A DNA stretch of 64,000 bases from NCBI RefSeq assembly GCF_016433145.1, contig NC_058135.1, forward strand, positions 276,266,426 through 276,330,425, given 5' to 3'. The position numbers and the translations under genes are program-made. The DNA is from Gracilinanus agilis (taxonomy: Eukaryota). The notes under the pieces were generated by a model that did no database searches, was not told the DNA's origin, and worked only from the letters and a program-made list of their open reading frames with translations. Positions 37,132 to 48,820 of this stretch are shown here, one piece after another (within the stretch, counting starts at the first letter, position 1; every line of letters starts with the position of its first letter).

Positions 37132-39104
37132 CTCCAGAAGATATGCTTTCCTGGTCCAGGGTATTGGTGATTATCTTTTCCTGAATTACTTTAAAAGATC
37201 TTAGATTTTGGACTTAAAACAATTACACAATCCCACCTCAGGAGTATATACCAACACTGGAATTGACACAGGATCCATCACTAAGCTATAAGGTATATGA
37301 ATCTATTCTCCCCAAAACAAGAAGAGATTGAAAAATTAAATTAAAACATATTAAAATCATGTATGTATATAAATGAGTATAAATTAAGATTATAATAGGT
37401 CCTTGATTCACCATCAAGATCCAATTGAAGTAGCTTATATCTTACAAATATGTATGACAAGTGCAATAATATTGAAGTTACCCAACATCAGACAGGACTA
37501 CCAATATGATACATTACTCTGTGACACATCTTTGGGATACTTGGGATCAAAGATGAATGGAGGTACTCAGGATATTTTACTTCACATATGTGGAAATGGA
37601 ATCAGTAATGTGGTGAGAAATGTTTAATAATTGACTCTCTGAATCTGAAATATACACATAATACATTTTTAAATTCAATTTGTATTATTAATATTTTCCC
37701 ATCACTTTTACAAGTCTAAATAATCAACCAAACAATAAAATGAACTTTATAGTGCCAATTTACAAAGTGTGATGATTACAAAGAAAAGTTAGCCATTTAA
37801 TTGAGCAGTAGAGGCTGGTTTCAGCAGATTCCTGTATGAAATTTACATTTTTATAACTCTATTCCTTTGACCAGTGTTGAACTCATTAGACCTAGGTGGA
37901 ATACTTGGGAACCCCCAAGAAAGGACTCTGGTGGAACTTGAACTTAGGACACTGGAATATCTTTACTTTTACTATGATTACATTGTGCCACAGAGACACT
38001 TGGAAAATCTAACTTATATAATCTCCTTTGAACTTCAGTTTCTTTATCTTTGCCAATGAAAGATGGAAACAAAAAAAAATCTGTATCTGGAACATGCCAA
38101 TCAGATCACATTTTCCACCACTCAACCTCAAAATTCTCTAAACCTTCAGGCAACATTTATTAATTCACAAGCAGGCCTTTGCATTGTTTTCTAGAATCCA
38201 GGTATGACTACCCCATCTGAGCTATTTTAAACTTCTTTTCTATCAGCCTTTCACTTATTCAGGACCAGAATGTACTCTCTTTCTACAATCCATTATGTGG
38301 ATTCTGAATTTTAAATGTCTCTCACCTAATGCCTCTACTTGAAGAACTCCAGTGATGGCAAAGTCTCAGTGTCCTCAAATAGGTCATTTCAGTCTTAAAT
38401 ATTACGGATTTTTTTAGTATAATTTTCCTTTAAACTAACATATTTTGCTTTTCTGCCCCTTTTTGCATTGTCCTTATTTTTATCTTAATGACAAAGTAGA
38501 ACCAGGAAAATTTTTCTTTTTGGTAGTTCTTTAAATTTGTGAAGACAGATATTTTGGCCCCAACAAATTCCAAGTGTTTTTTCTTCTGTAAATTAATCAT
38601 TTTCATTTTCTTTACCTAATGGCTCTGTGGTAAGGTTTCCTGTTTTCTTCCCAAATTTTGCCATTTCACCATTATGTTCCTAAAATATTGTGCCCACAAA
38701 TAAAACAAAGTTAAGATTTGATCAGGGCAGACGTCACTATGATTCCTGCTCCAATTAACTCCAAATATTAAGTTTACATTAATTTAGTCTTATTTTATTC
38801 ACTTTTGGAAGCATTCACATAATTATTATGTACTTACTTCAAGGATGAATTCAATAAAGTTTCCAGGTGTTTTTCTCCTATAGCAATTATTGTCTTGACA
38901 AATAACAACACTAGAATGTAAAATTGACTGATTTTCTAAGGAGAGGAATTTGTCAGTCAAATGGTCAATAAACATTGACAAAGAGCTTTGTCAAGATCTT
39001 TGCAAATTGCTGGGGATAAAAAGAAAGGCAAAAGACAGTGCCTGTTTTCAAAACAGCACAATCTAATCAGGAAAACAACATAGAAATGATTACATAATAT
39101 ATAC

Positions 39105-39163
<59 letters not shown>
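39105..39163. repeat. (GATA)n microsatellite inside an L2 remnant
   Basis: cagatagatagat... pure array. Confidence 0.95.
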
Positions 39164-39164
<1 letters not shown>

Positions 39165-39760
39165 TTATATAATTAGATATATAGGTATGTATAGATAGGA
39201 TAAATTGAATATGAGAGGGGAGGGTACTAGAATTAGTGGGATTGAGAAAGACTTTCTGTGAAATTTAAATGTAGTGTATTACAAATATTTGATTCCATTT
39301 CTATGTGCTTAACATACTCCTAATATATATGAAATACTAAGGAAAATAAGCCTTATATTTCTATATCTATTCATTTTCTTGATTCATGGATCAGAGACCT
39401 GAATCTGGATGACACATCATATTAGTTTCTCATCTTGCTAGCTAATTATATGTGGAGAGGGTATGCTCAATATACATCTTTAAGTCTAACTGTCATTATT
39501 GACTTTTTCTCCATCTTTTTTAAATCTAGATAATCAAGACCCCAATACATCAAGTCCTAACTTAAGCTTTTTCTAACTCTCACATTGAAAATGGAACAAT
39601 CAGCTCTTTTGAACCTTCCACAATATTTCAGGAATCAGGTAAACAATCTCTCCAAATCTAAGACAGTCTTTTCCAAAGAGCTAAAAAAAACCTATACCAG
39701 GATTTAGTGGTTTATTTGAGTTTTAAGTTCTAGAAAATCATCCTTGACCTTCTAAATTAT

Positions 39761-39783
39761 CTTTCCATTTATTCCCACAGCAG
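39761..39783 (+). promoter_or_regulatory. 3' splice acceptor (NAGNAG) of the OR8J coding exon
   Basis: ctttccatttattcccacag|cag|; a third AG lies at 39795-39796. Confidence 0.7.
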
Positions 39784-39799
39784 TTGAAACCAACAGAAA

Positions 39800-40747
39800 A
39801 TGTTTCCAGGAAATCTTTCCCATGTGACCACATTCATTCTCATTGGAGTTTCAGAGCATCCAGATCTTCAAGTTCCCCTTTTCTTCATCTTTTTAGTGAT
39901 CTATGGTGTGACAGTGACAGGAAATGTGGGAATAATCACACTCACTAGTATAGATTCTCGACTTCAAACTCCCATGTACTTTTTCCTCAGACACTTGGCT
40001 ATCATCAACCTTGGCAACTCCACTGTCATTGCTCCTCAGATGCTAATCAATTTCTTGGTGGAGAAGAAAACAATTTCTTACTATGGGTGTGCAACCCAGA
40101 TGGGAGGCTTCTTAGTCTTCATCGTTGCTGAGATTTTCATGTTGGCAGCCATGGCCTATGACCGTTATGTGGCTATTTGTAATCCCTTATTATACATGGT
40201 TGTGGTGTCACGAAAGGTTTGCATCCTACTTGTTTTCCTTACATACATTTATAGCTTCTTAACTGCAGTGACAGTTACCCCTTGTGTTTTTTCAATGTCC
40301 TACTGTTCTTCCAATGTCATTAATCATTTTTACTGTGATACTGTCCCTCTTTTGGCTTTATCTTGCTCTGATACCTACTTACCAGACACAGTAATTTTTA
40401 TTTCTGCAGCTTCCAATTTCTTCTTTTCCATGACAGTTGTCCTGGTGTCTTACTTCTACATCATCTTGGCTATCCTAAGGATACGTTCAGCAGAAGGGAG
40501 AAAGAAAGCCTTCTCCACCTGTGCTTCTCATATGATGGCCATCACTGTTTTCTACGGTACACTGCTTTTCATGTACTTACAACCTGGGTCGAAACATTCC
40601 TTAGATACTGATAAAATGGCCTCAGTGTTTTACACTCTAGTCATTCCCATGCTGAATCCTATGATCTACAGCCTGAGGAACAAGGATGTGAAGGAAGCTC
40701 TAAAGCGAGTTCTTACCAGTCCTTGCCAAAGTCTTAAAAGCATATAA
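39800..40747 (+). CDS. OR8J: Olfactory receptor, OR8J subfamily, 315 aa, intact
   Basis: OR motifs plus OR8J-typical IITLTSIDSRLQTPMYFFLRHLAIINLGNSTVIAP, GGFLVFIV, YMVVVSR, FISAA, HSLDTDKMASVFY and C-terminal PCxSxKS. Confidence 0.93.
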   Translation: MFPGNLSHVTTFILIGVSEHPDLQVPLFFIFLVIYGVTVTGNVGIITLTSIDSRLQTPMYFFLRHLAIINLGNSTVIAPQMLINFLVEKKTISYYGCATQMGGFLVFIVAEIFMLAAMAYDRYVAICNPLLYMVVVSRKVCILLVFLTYIYSFLTAVTVTPCVFSMSYCSSNVINHFYCDTVPLLALSCSDTYLPDTVIFISAASNFFFSMTVVLVSYFYIILAILRIRSAEGRKKAFSTCASHMMAITVFYGTLLFMYLQPGSKHSLDTDKMASVFYTLVIPMLNPMIYSLRNKDVKEALKRVLTSPCQSLKSI

Positions 40748-41284
40748 ATCCACATCTCTTTTAGTCAAAAAAGAGATTTATAACATAAGGCAGGATTTAG
40801 AGTATGATGGGGGCAGGTAGTGAATTAATAACCAAGCAGCAATAATGGATTAAATACATGTAAAAATTGTCAGAATAGAAATGAAAGTAGAGATCTGGTA
40901 TTCCATGAGTAGGAATAATCAAAAGTTTAGAAGCAAGGCAAAACAAAAACAAGATAAGAGGAAATGAGCTTGAGGGAATCAGAAAACGGTCTAGAATGAA
41001 GGAAAATCAGATCATTTATGTAAACCAGAAGATTATAAACTAAAAACTTAATTTTAATCTCTTGGAAGTCATTTGGCACCCTACTGAGAATGGGTGGATA
41101 CAGAAGAAATATATCTGTTTTAAGTGTGCTCTGATGCTGGTATAACTCATGGTAAGAGGACTTAAGTTTCATAAATCTGCTTAAAACCATTTGATTATTG
41201 ATATTAATATTTTTAAATGATCTAATGATACTCTATTTTCACTTAAGCCCCCAGTAGTGTGTCCAGAATTGTCAATGTCATTTT

Positions 41285-42560
41285 TCAGTCATTCAATAAA
41301 TTATTATTAAGCTCCCAGTACATGCTGGAACCTGAACTTAGTATTGGGGATAAAAGAAAGGCAAAAGACAGTTACTGATCTTCAGAATTTCCTGGTATCT
41401 TCTGGGCTAAGATGACTGCAGTGGAGAAGGAACTTCTAGACTCTTCCTACTACTGATTACAACAAAGTATCTCAAAAGGACAAAAAGCAAAATCAGATGA
41501 AAAAAGAGACTCTACTGTAGAGAGCAGCCTTGAATGTAAGCAGGGTTTTGGCATTTCCACACCATAAGGGGATAAAATTATACCTACCAAAGGGCAAGGT
41601 GATCACCTCTCCACACACCACCTACCATGCCAGAGTCAGAGTGAAGGTGGGGGCAATCTAAAGGCACCACAGTCTTACCCCTGAGGACAGAGCAAAGCCT
41701 TAGTGGCTAGACTTGGGATCCTTGGAGCATAGCAGTGTAGGTAGCACAGAGACCTGTGGCCCAATAGCCTCAGGGTAAAAACTCTTCTGAAGCTTGATTG
41801 CTGCCTGCCTTCCTTATTCAGACTTCTGACTGAGAAGGGAAGATAAAACTAACACATTAAAGGCTACCAACACCCAAGAATTACAGTCCACAAATAGCAA
41901 AAAAAGCAAGATAAAACAAAGAAAGCCTCTGACATTGGATAACTTCTATGGAGAAAAGGAGCAGAGTACAGAGGAGACAACAAACAGTGACAAACAAGAA
42001 TTTACTGGTCTAATGAGGGAAAAACTTCCAAAGAACTAGGTATGAGCAGGTCATATACAGAATGTTTTGAAAATAACAAATAGAAGGAAGGTTTGAGCTA
42101 GAAAGAGGGATCAAAATAGAATTCTCCGAGAAGATAGGACTTTATCTATGATCTGAAGGAAGCCAGGAGGTGAATATAAAGAAAGAGATAATTTCAGTTA
42201 TAGAGAGCAGTGAATATGAGCATGACCTGAGACAGAAGAAGAAGAATCTTTCTTGAGCCAGAGCAGGGAGGAGTGCTACAAGATTGCAGAGTAAATGCTT
42301 AGGAACTGAGGAATGAGAAAACTAGAAAGCTAAGAGGGGGAAGGTCACATAAAGTTTTGAATACCAAAGAGAGAATTTATATTTGATCTTAGATGTCATT
42401 GGAAGACACTGAAAAATGTCACTGATATACACAAATTTGTGATCACTTTGATACCCAAGTAAAGGTTGGCTAAAAATATAAAAGATTGTCTTCAAATAGA
42501 ATAATCAGCAGGCTACTGCCATAGTCCAGGAGTTATGGAATGAAACCATTGATCAATGTC
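41285..42560 (-). mobile_element. L2 3' remnant interrupted by an L1 5' fragment
   Basis: cattcaataaattattattaag...ggggataaaagaaaggcaaaagacagt, continuing as ...ggtctaatgaggga after 42009. Confidence 0.6.
41397..41996 (+). mobile_element. 5'-only L1 insertion (5'UTR plus start of ORF1), 600 bp, TSD-flanked
   Basis: Begins atcttctgggctaagatgac (L1 5' end type); ORF1-start-like ...TQEL...KKSKIKQRKPLTLDNFYGEKEQSTEE; flanked by agaatttcctggt (41384-41396) and agaatttactggt (41997-42009). Confidence 0.75.
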
Positions 42561-45500
42561 ATGTCAATGTCAGAGGAGAGAATGACAACAGACTTTTCCA
42601 TCATTTCTTATGATATGGTGATATGATGTTATGATGTTAGCTTTTTTTTTTCAGTTGTCTCAGAACTCTATTATCCTTTCAGAATTCCTTCACATAATGA
42701 TTTGAAAAAAGAATGGATGCCATTAATGATGAAATTAGAGAAATATTTTAATAGAATATTTACATATCCAGATGACCTATTTTTTATTCTATTTTACCAG
42801 TCAGTGAGGTTATTTCTGTAACATGAATAACTAAAAGGGTGAGATAATCAAGCATATAATAAATTCATTTCATCATTTTGTATATGAATGGATTATATTA
42901 AAATATACACAATAGGATTCATATGGACATTTGATGTTATCAGTATGGTTTAACAATGTAATTGACAACCTAGATATCCATCCATGCCCACCTCTTCTGT
43001 GGGAAATACACATCCTTAGTAAATCAAACTCAGGGACCCAATTAAAAATGTAGGGTCATTCTTCTAATTCTCTTAATATTATAAGAATAAATATCAAAGG
43101 AGTAAGAGGTTGTTCATCAAATACATCCTGTTCATACTGTATGAATGTTCTATCTCACCATATCCACTGAGTCATGAACATAGAACATACAGACAATAAT
43201 CTACATACTTCTTCTTTTGTCCTAGTCTTTATTGTAAATATTTTGTAGAACCCATTAGCTTAAGATCCCTATGCATTTTTTCCTTTGCCTTTTAAGTGGT
43301 ATTTAGTTCTGATTCTTTACACACTGCAGTATTTCATGATTTATATCATATCACACTGGAACAATATTCATTAAAAAATGGGATTTGTTAAAAACATGAA
43401 GATATTTAAATAAAGCTCTCTATCTTTTTTTCTGTCCTTATCTCTCTCTGTCTTTTTCTCTTTGTTTCTGTCTTTTAACTCCCTTTGCCCTTGTCTCTCA
43501 GTCTCTCCTGTTCTCTCTCTATTTTGCAGAGAAAAAATTGAGAACCATTGATGTAATAGATTGTGTGACCAATGATCTTCTAGTTATTTGACATACATGA
43601 CATCTCCTCTTTCTATGTCTTTGCAATGGCTACACCTTGTAGCTAAAATGTACTCTTTCCTCAACTATTCCATATAAAATTTCTTATGTCATTTGGGACA
43701 CAGTTCACGCTACAACTTTTACCTAGAACCAGTGTTGACATCCCTGGCTAACTGTTTCTTCCCACACAAAACTACGTAATATTTGTTATATATTTAAACT
43801 ACCCATGCTTTTAGATATTGATTCCTTCCATCTGTTGGTTATTTGCAATTGATCTTGGATATATCTTATTGGCACATCTTGTCTCCCCCATAAGACTGTG
43901 AGCTCTTTGAGAGCAGGAACTCTGAATCAAGCCTTTCTTTGTGACTCTTATACTCAGCACGGTGATTATCACATAGTAATTGCCTAATAAATGCTTGTTG
44001 ACATGCTGCTTAATATGTATATATTGTCCGTAATAAAAGAAGGCAAATTTCAGGTCAGAATATTTAATTTTTATCTTTGTATCCAAAATAACTCAGATAA
44101 TTCTTGGTATACAGTAGATGCTTAATAATTGCTTAATGATAAATACTCTCTTGCCTCTCTCTGGCTATATTTTTCCAGGATTTCATATTTCGTTCATATA
44201 GATATCCTCAGGTGAGCAACCTTTCTACCAATTTTGACTGCAATTATTTAGCACTTTACTGTTGTAGAGCATTATCTCAGTACTGAAAAGTTGGTAATTC
44301 ACAAAAAGTCACATATTCAATCAGTATAGACATGGGACCTTGAAACTATCTAATCTTATCTTAGCATATTAAGCTAAACCAGGGATATTTAATTTGGGAT
44401 TATAGGTGATATGTGGATTTAAAAGAAAAAATATTGTTATTTTCTTCTTAATTTAATGCATTTTATTTTACTTTTTTCCTTTTGAAATGTACTAGAAAGG
44501 TACAACTGTCAAAAGAGACCATGCCATGCCCCCCCACAAAAAAAAAAAAGATTTAAGGATCTCTGAGTGATATAGCTAGGCATTCATTTGTCTAAAATTT
44601 TCTGTATGAGAAATATATTAATATTGATGTGAGAAGTTTTATTAACTTTTTAAAATCATTAAAGTTTTGGAAAATAGTTGGTAGTTGGTAGATTTTAAAT
44701 GAAATGTAATCTTTTGGACATTGTGAAAAAGATACCTTCCTGCCATCTAGCGTTAGGCTCCCAATACAGCAAGAATAATTTTAGAAATCTTTTGAATCCT
44801 AATGATTAAAGGATTAAAAACACAAAGAGATGCATTGGAATCAGATCTAACAGGTATGTGATTATCCTTTGTTAATTTTTCTTTGTGAATATTAACACAT
44901 CAGAAAGTTATTAAAATATGCTCTCTATGTCAGGTCTTTATTGCTTTATTTATACCTCTAAAATTTTAATGATGCAAATTAAAATTCAGTCTGTAAATAC
45001 TTAAAAAAGAATATCTAGTTGCAATATAAAAAGTGTATTAAAATATTTTTTAAAAGGCACAATATATACTAAAGAAAATAACTCCAAACTGGGCAGAGCA
45101 TGATAGAAGCAGCAATGTAGATGAACTTTCATAATATTTCCCTCTAAACAAGTTTAAAATAATTCTTTGAATCAAATTATGGAGCAGCAGAGACAAGAAA
45201 AGGTCATATTGAGATAATTATCCAGCTAATGGCATCTTTGGAGTTTGTCAGATATCTGTGACTATTGTTTTGGGTCTGGCTGAGAGTAAAGCAATACTGT
45301 GGCAATTCTATTAGCCATAGCACTTTTGAATCCTAGCACCTAGGCAGCGAGGAGTTCTTCTTGGCTTGCTGTTGATCACAAGGGATCAGGAGGCCTGGTT
45401 AGGTGGAATTTTTAAGGTGGAGAGGACTATTAGTGTTTCTGGCTCCAGGGAAACTGAGACTTTTCCTCTATAAAGAGAGATACTATCACTTTTGAGACTG

Positions 45501-45866
45501 TCAAGTAATGACAAGCCTTTTTTCCTTTTGTTTACAAACAAGGAAGGGTTGTATTCATCATTCTCATCCAGATGTTAGAGCCACATCATAGACTTATTGA
45601 TGACTACTAATGTCAATTCAATCTGGTACCTAACTCAGTGACAACTGACCATATCATGCCACTAGTCACTTGTGTAAGCAATACAGTTTCATCACCTCAA
45701 ATGGTAAGCCAATAACTTATGCCTCACTTGTTCCAATCTATCTCAATGCCCAAGGCCATCTCCTTGATGCATTGCCTGGGCCACACCAAAGGACAGATAT
45801 ATATGTATATGTATATAGAGATATAAAGATAGATAGATATAGATACAGATATATAGATATATTTTT

Positions 45867-46059
45867 AAACCCTTACCTTCCATCTTGGAGTCAATACGGT
45901 GTATTGGCTCCAAGGCAGAAGAGTGGTAAGGGTAGGCAATGGGGGTCAAGTGACTTGCCCAGGGTCACACAGCTGGGAAGTGTCTGAGGCCAGATTTGAA
46001 CCTAGGACCTCCCATCTCTAGACCTGGTTCTCAATCCACTGAGCTACCCAGCTGCCCCC
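45867..46059 (-). mobile_element. Full-length SINE1_Mdo-type SINE
   Basis: Right TSD aggacagatatattttt at 46060-46076; left TSD interrupted by a 60-bp AT/GATA expansion at 45801-45860. Confidence 0.93.
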
Positions 46060-46562
46060 AGGACAGATATATTTTTGTAAGATGACAATGGGTTTGAACA
46101 TGATATAGCCAAATGGATTGTCTATTGCTATTCTCAAGATCTTCCAAAGATATTTTTCATTCTACATGTTAGCCAAATCATTGCCTATTCTTCCTTAGCC
46201 ACAAGTTCTAGAATTAACATCTATGTGACCAAACACAAAGTTATTCTTCAAGAAAGCCCATGATTTGTGCCAGGTGGACATCTGATGGCACCTAAACAAT
46301 TAATGTGATTGCTGTGCCAACAACTCCATTTTCCTATATATATGGGAACTGAGACCTTTGTACTCCAAGTTTGCTAATCATGGTTTGCTGAAAAGGTTTA
46401 TGCAGAGAACCATTGTGGTATTCTTGTTGATAGTCCAATTTCTCTAGGAAGAAAACTATGACAAAAAAGGGAGAGATAGCAGGTGACATTACCATCAGAA
46501 CACCTGCAGATTTACTTTATTGAATTGATCCCAAAGTCTGTGGGCGTCAGATATGTCTTGCC

Positions 46563-46793
46563 TTGTTGTTGTTGTTCAATCACGTCCAACTCTTTTTTAC
46601 CCTGTTTAGGCTTTTCTTGAAAAATATACTGGAGTGGTTTGCTATTTCTTTCTCATTTTACAAATGAGGAAATGGGGTTAAGTGACTTGTCCAGGGTCAC
46701 ATAGCTAATAAGTGTCTGGGATAGATTTGAAATCAGAAAGATGTCTTCTTGACTTCAGACCTGACACAATCTACTACACCAACTAGTTGCTGT
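46563..46793 (-). mobile_element. MAR1-type SINE
   Basis: gttgttgttcaatcacgtccaactc...ctggagtggtttgctatttc...aagtgacttgtccagggtcacatagcta. Confidence 0.8.
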
Positions 46794-47449
46794 TTTGGTA
46801 GATAGACCCTAATTGAACCACAGGAGAGGCTTTTCTAGTGATACTCATAACAACAAGTATAGTACTAAGGTTCTGATCCAGGATGTACCAAGATTTGTCC
46901 TACCATGTACTACTGACTGACCAAGGACCACATTGTACCAAAGAAATAATAAACAACTCTTCAACTTATTTGGAGATAGCCCTGAACCTTCACACATCTT
47001 AAAGCCAATAATATTAAGGAAGAGTAGAATGTCTAATGGGAATACAAAGACCCTTAATGGGAAAACTCTATCAGGAAACACATTTAAAAAAGGCCTCATA
47101 TTTTGCCTTATGTTCCAATATGGAAATAACTGCACAAAGGATTATGGATTATCACCTTTAAAAATTCTATTTGATAGGCTACTATTACTATTCTGGGGCT
47201 AGAAGCTCCGAATATGTGTGTTTGTCTAGAGGATGAAAGCTCAATAAGATACATTATCTCTCTATCTAGTTTTCTTCCATAGATATGGAAGGAGGCAGCC
47301 CTGGTATAAACTGTGCCTTTGAAAGACATGCAGTAATTTACATGTGGAATCACAACTTCAGAAAGACATATATATAGTCTCCAGCCTTACTTGAATGGAC
47401 TTTTCCAGGTCCTTCTGATCAATCACATTTTAATCAAGGTTGCCAAATG

Positions 47450-48820
47450 GATAGATAATCAGAATTGATTACTTTCATGTGAAGTCCATGTGACCATGAC
47501 CAGTCAAATATATACCTGAAAGTAGGATAATGTTGAACAGATTCTTAATTTGCAAATATTAATTTTCTAAATGATGGTAAATTTCAAAGAGAAGGATAAG
47601 AGGGAGCATATCAGGAAGGAAGGGGAAGTGAGAGTGGCAGTGGGAACGAATGTGGACCATTCAGGATGAGATCTGTTAGAATGGAGACTGAGCAATCTAA
47701 CATTTGCCCCTTTGGCCAAATTTTCTATGTGTTAAAAAAACCCTAATAATAGTCGAAAAGAAAAATATATTTATACAAATAATAACTCTAATTTTCAAAG
47801 TGTTTTCATATATTCACTTGGGGACAAAGAAGATTTGGCAAGAGGCCTAAGTAACAATTCCCTAATGTGTCTTTGTTCCCCTGGGGAAGGGACCAGATAT
47901 TTGAGGGTTTTTTTTCTTTCTAAATTATATATATAAAGCTGAAGAAATAACATGCAATTTATTTCTCAGAAGAGGCCTCCAATTATTTCCGGCACACAAG
48001 CAAAAACTTTAGCAACTTTCATAGGACTAGGTCATACGAATTCAGGACACAGTTTTTCTCAACAGGTAAGTTGAACTACAGCAGAGTATTTCTTTCTGAC
48101 TTGTTTTACCATAGGAAGCCAATGTGATAAAAAGCAAACTAACTTTCAATGTGCTATTCAAGCTGCCATTATGTTACATAGATAGTCACTACTTAAAAAA
48201 CAAATATTATTTCTGTCTTCCTGGTGCTTAGATGAGCCCATGGATGGACTACAGTTCAAATCCCTTTTCTATGAAATAAATTATAACTCTAACAGAAAAA
48301 AAGCTATTGATTTTTTTTATTTTGGGCTTTTTTTCCCCAAACTCTATTCAAATGTCCCTGATAAACTGGCAACTATTATTCAAGCTCTTAAAGAACTGTG
48401 TCAGATACTAAGAACTTAACATGAGTTGAATCACACAGCTAATCAGTGGGAGGAAAATAGGGATTAGGGAAAGATTCTCAGTTTTGTTCTTCTTTCATTA
48501 GCAGTCGCAGCAGGACTTCCTAACTCAAATTATTTGTGTCATAGTGTCTTTCAGATATAAGTAGACTTAGGAAGGAGATAAAGAATTAGGAACAACTCTT
48601 TATTACTTGAATTAATAATGGAATGCTCTACCCTAAGGAACCTAATAATTTCCACTGGGTTTGAGAAGACTATATTTAATAGTTAAAAGAAAAAAAAAAC
48701 CTAGACTCTCAATTACATATTTCCTGGGAAGTTTTAGCTATTGTTTTGCTTTCTTTGACTACAACTAGTTTAATATACTACCAAGTAGTACTGAGGAGGG
48801 GAACAAAGAATGATGTGAAG
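47450..48820 (+). promoter_or_regulatory. OR8J-type promoter/5' exon block, copy 2 (orphan)
   Basis: O/E site in the palindrome TTCCCCTGGGGAA at 47876-47888; donor CAACAG|GTAAGT at 48065/48066; colinear with 34500-36030. Confidence 0.7.

Larger units (their letters stand above)
45620..47250 (+). mobile_element. Endogenous retrovirus pol remnant (RNase H to integrase), split by two SINEs
   Basis: FITSNGKPI and KAISLMHCLGHTKG (RNase H end, 45688-45793); PSEHLQIYFIELIPK..RYVL (46492-46560); PRFVLP and TDQGPHCT (46888-46940) integrase core; many frameshifts. Confidence 0.8.
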
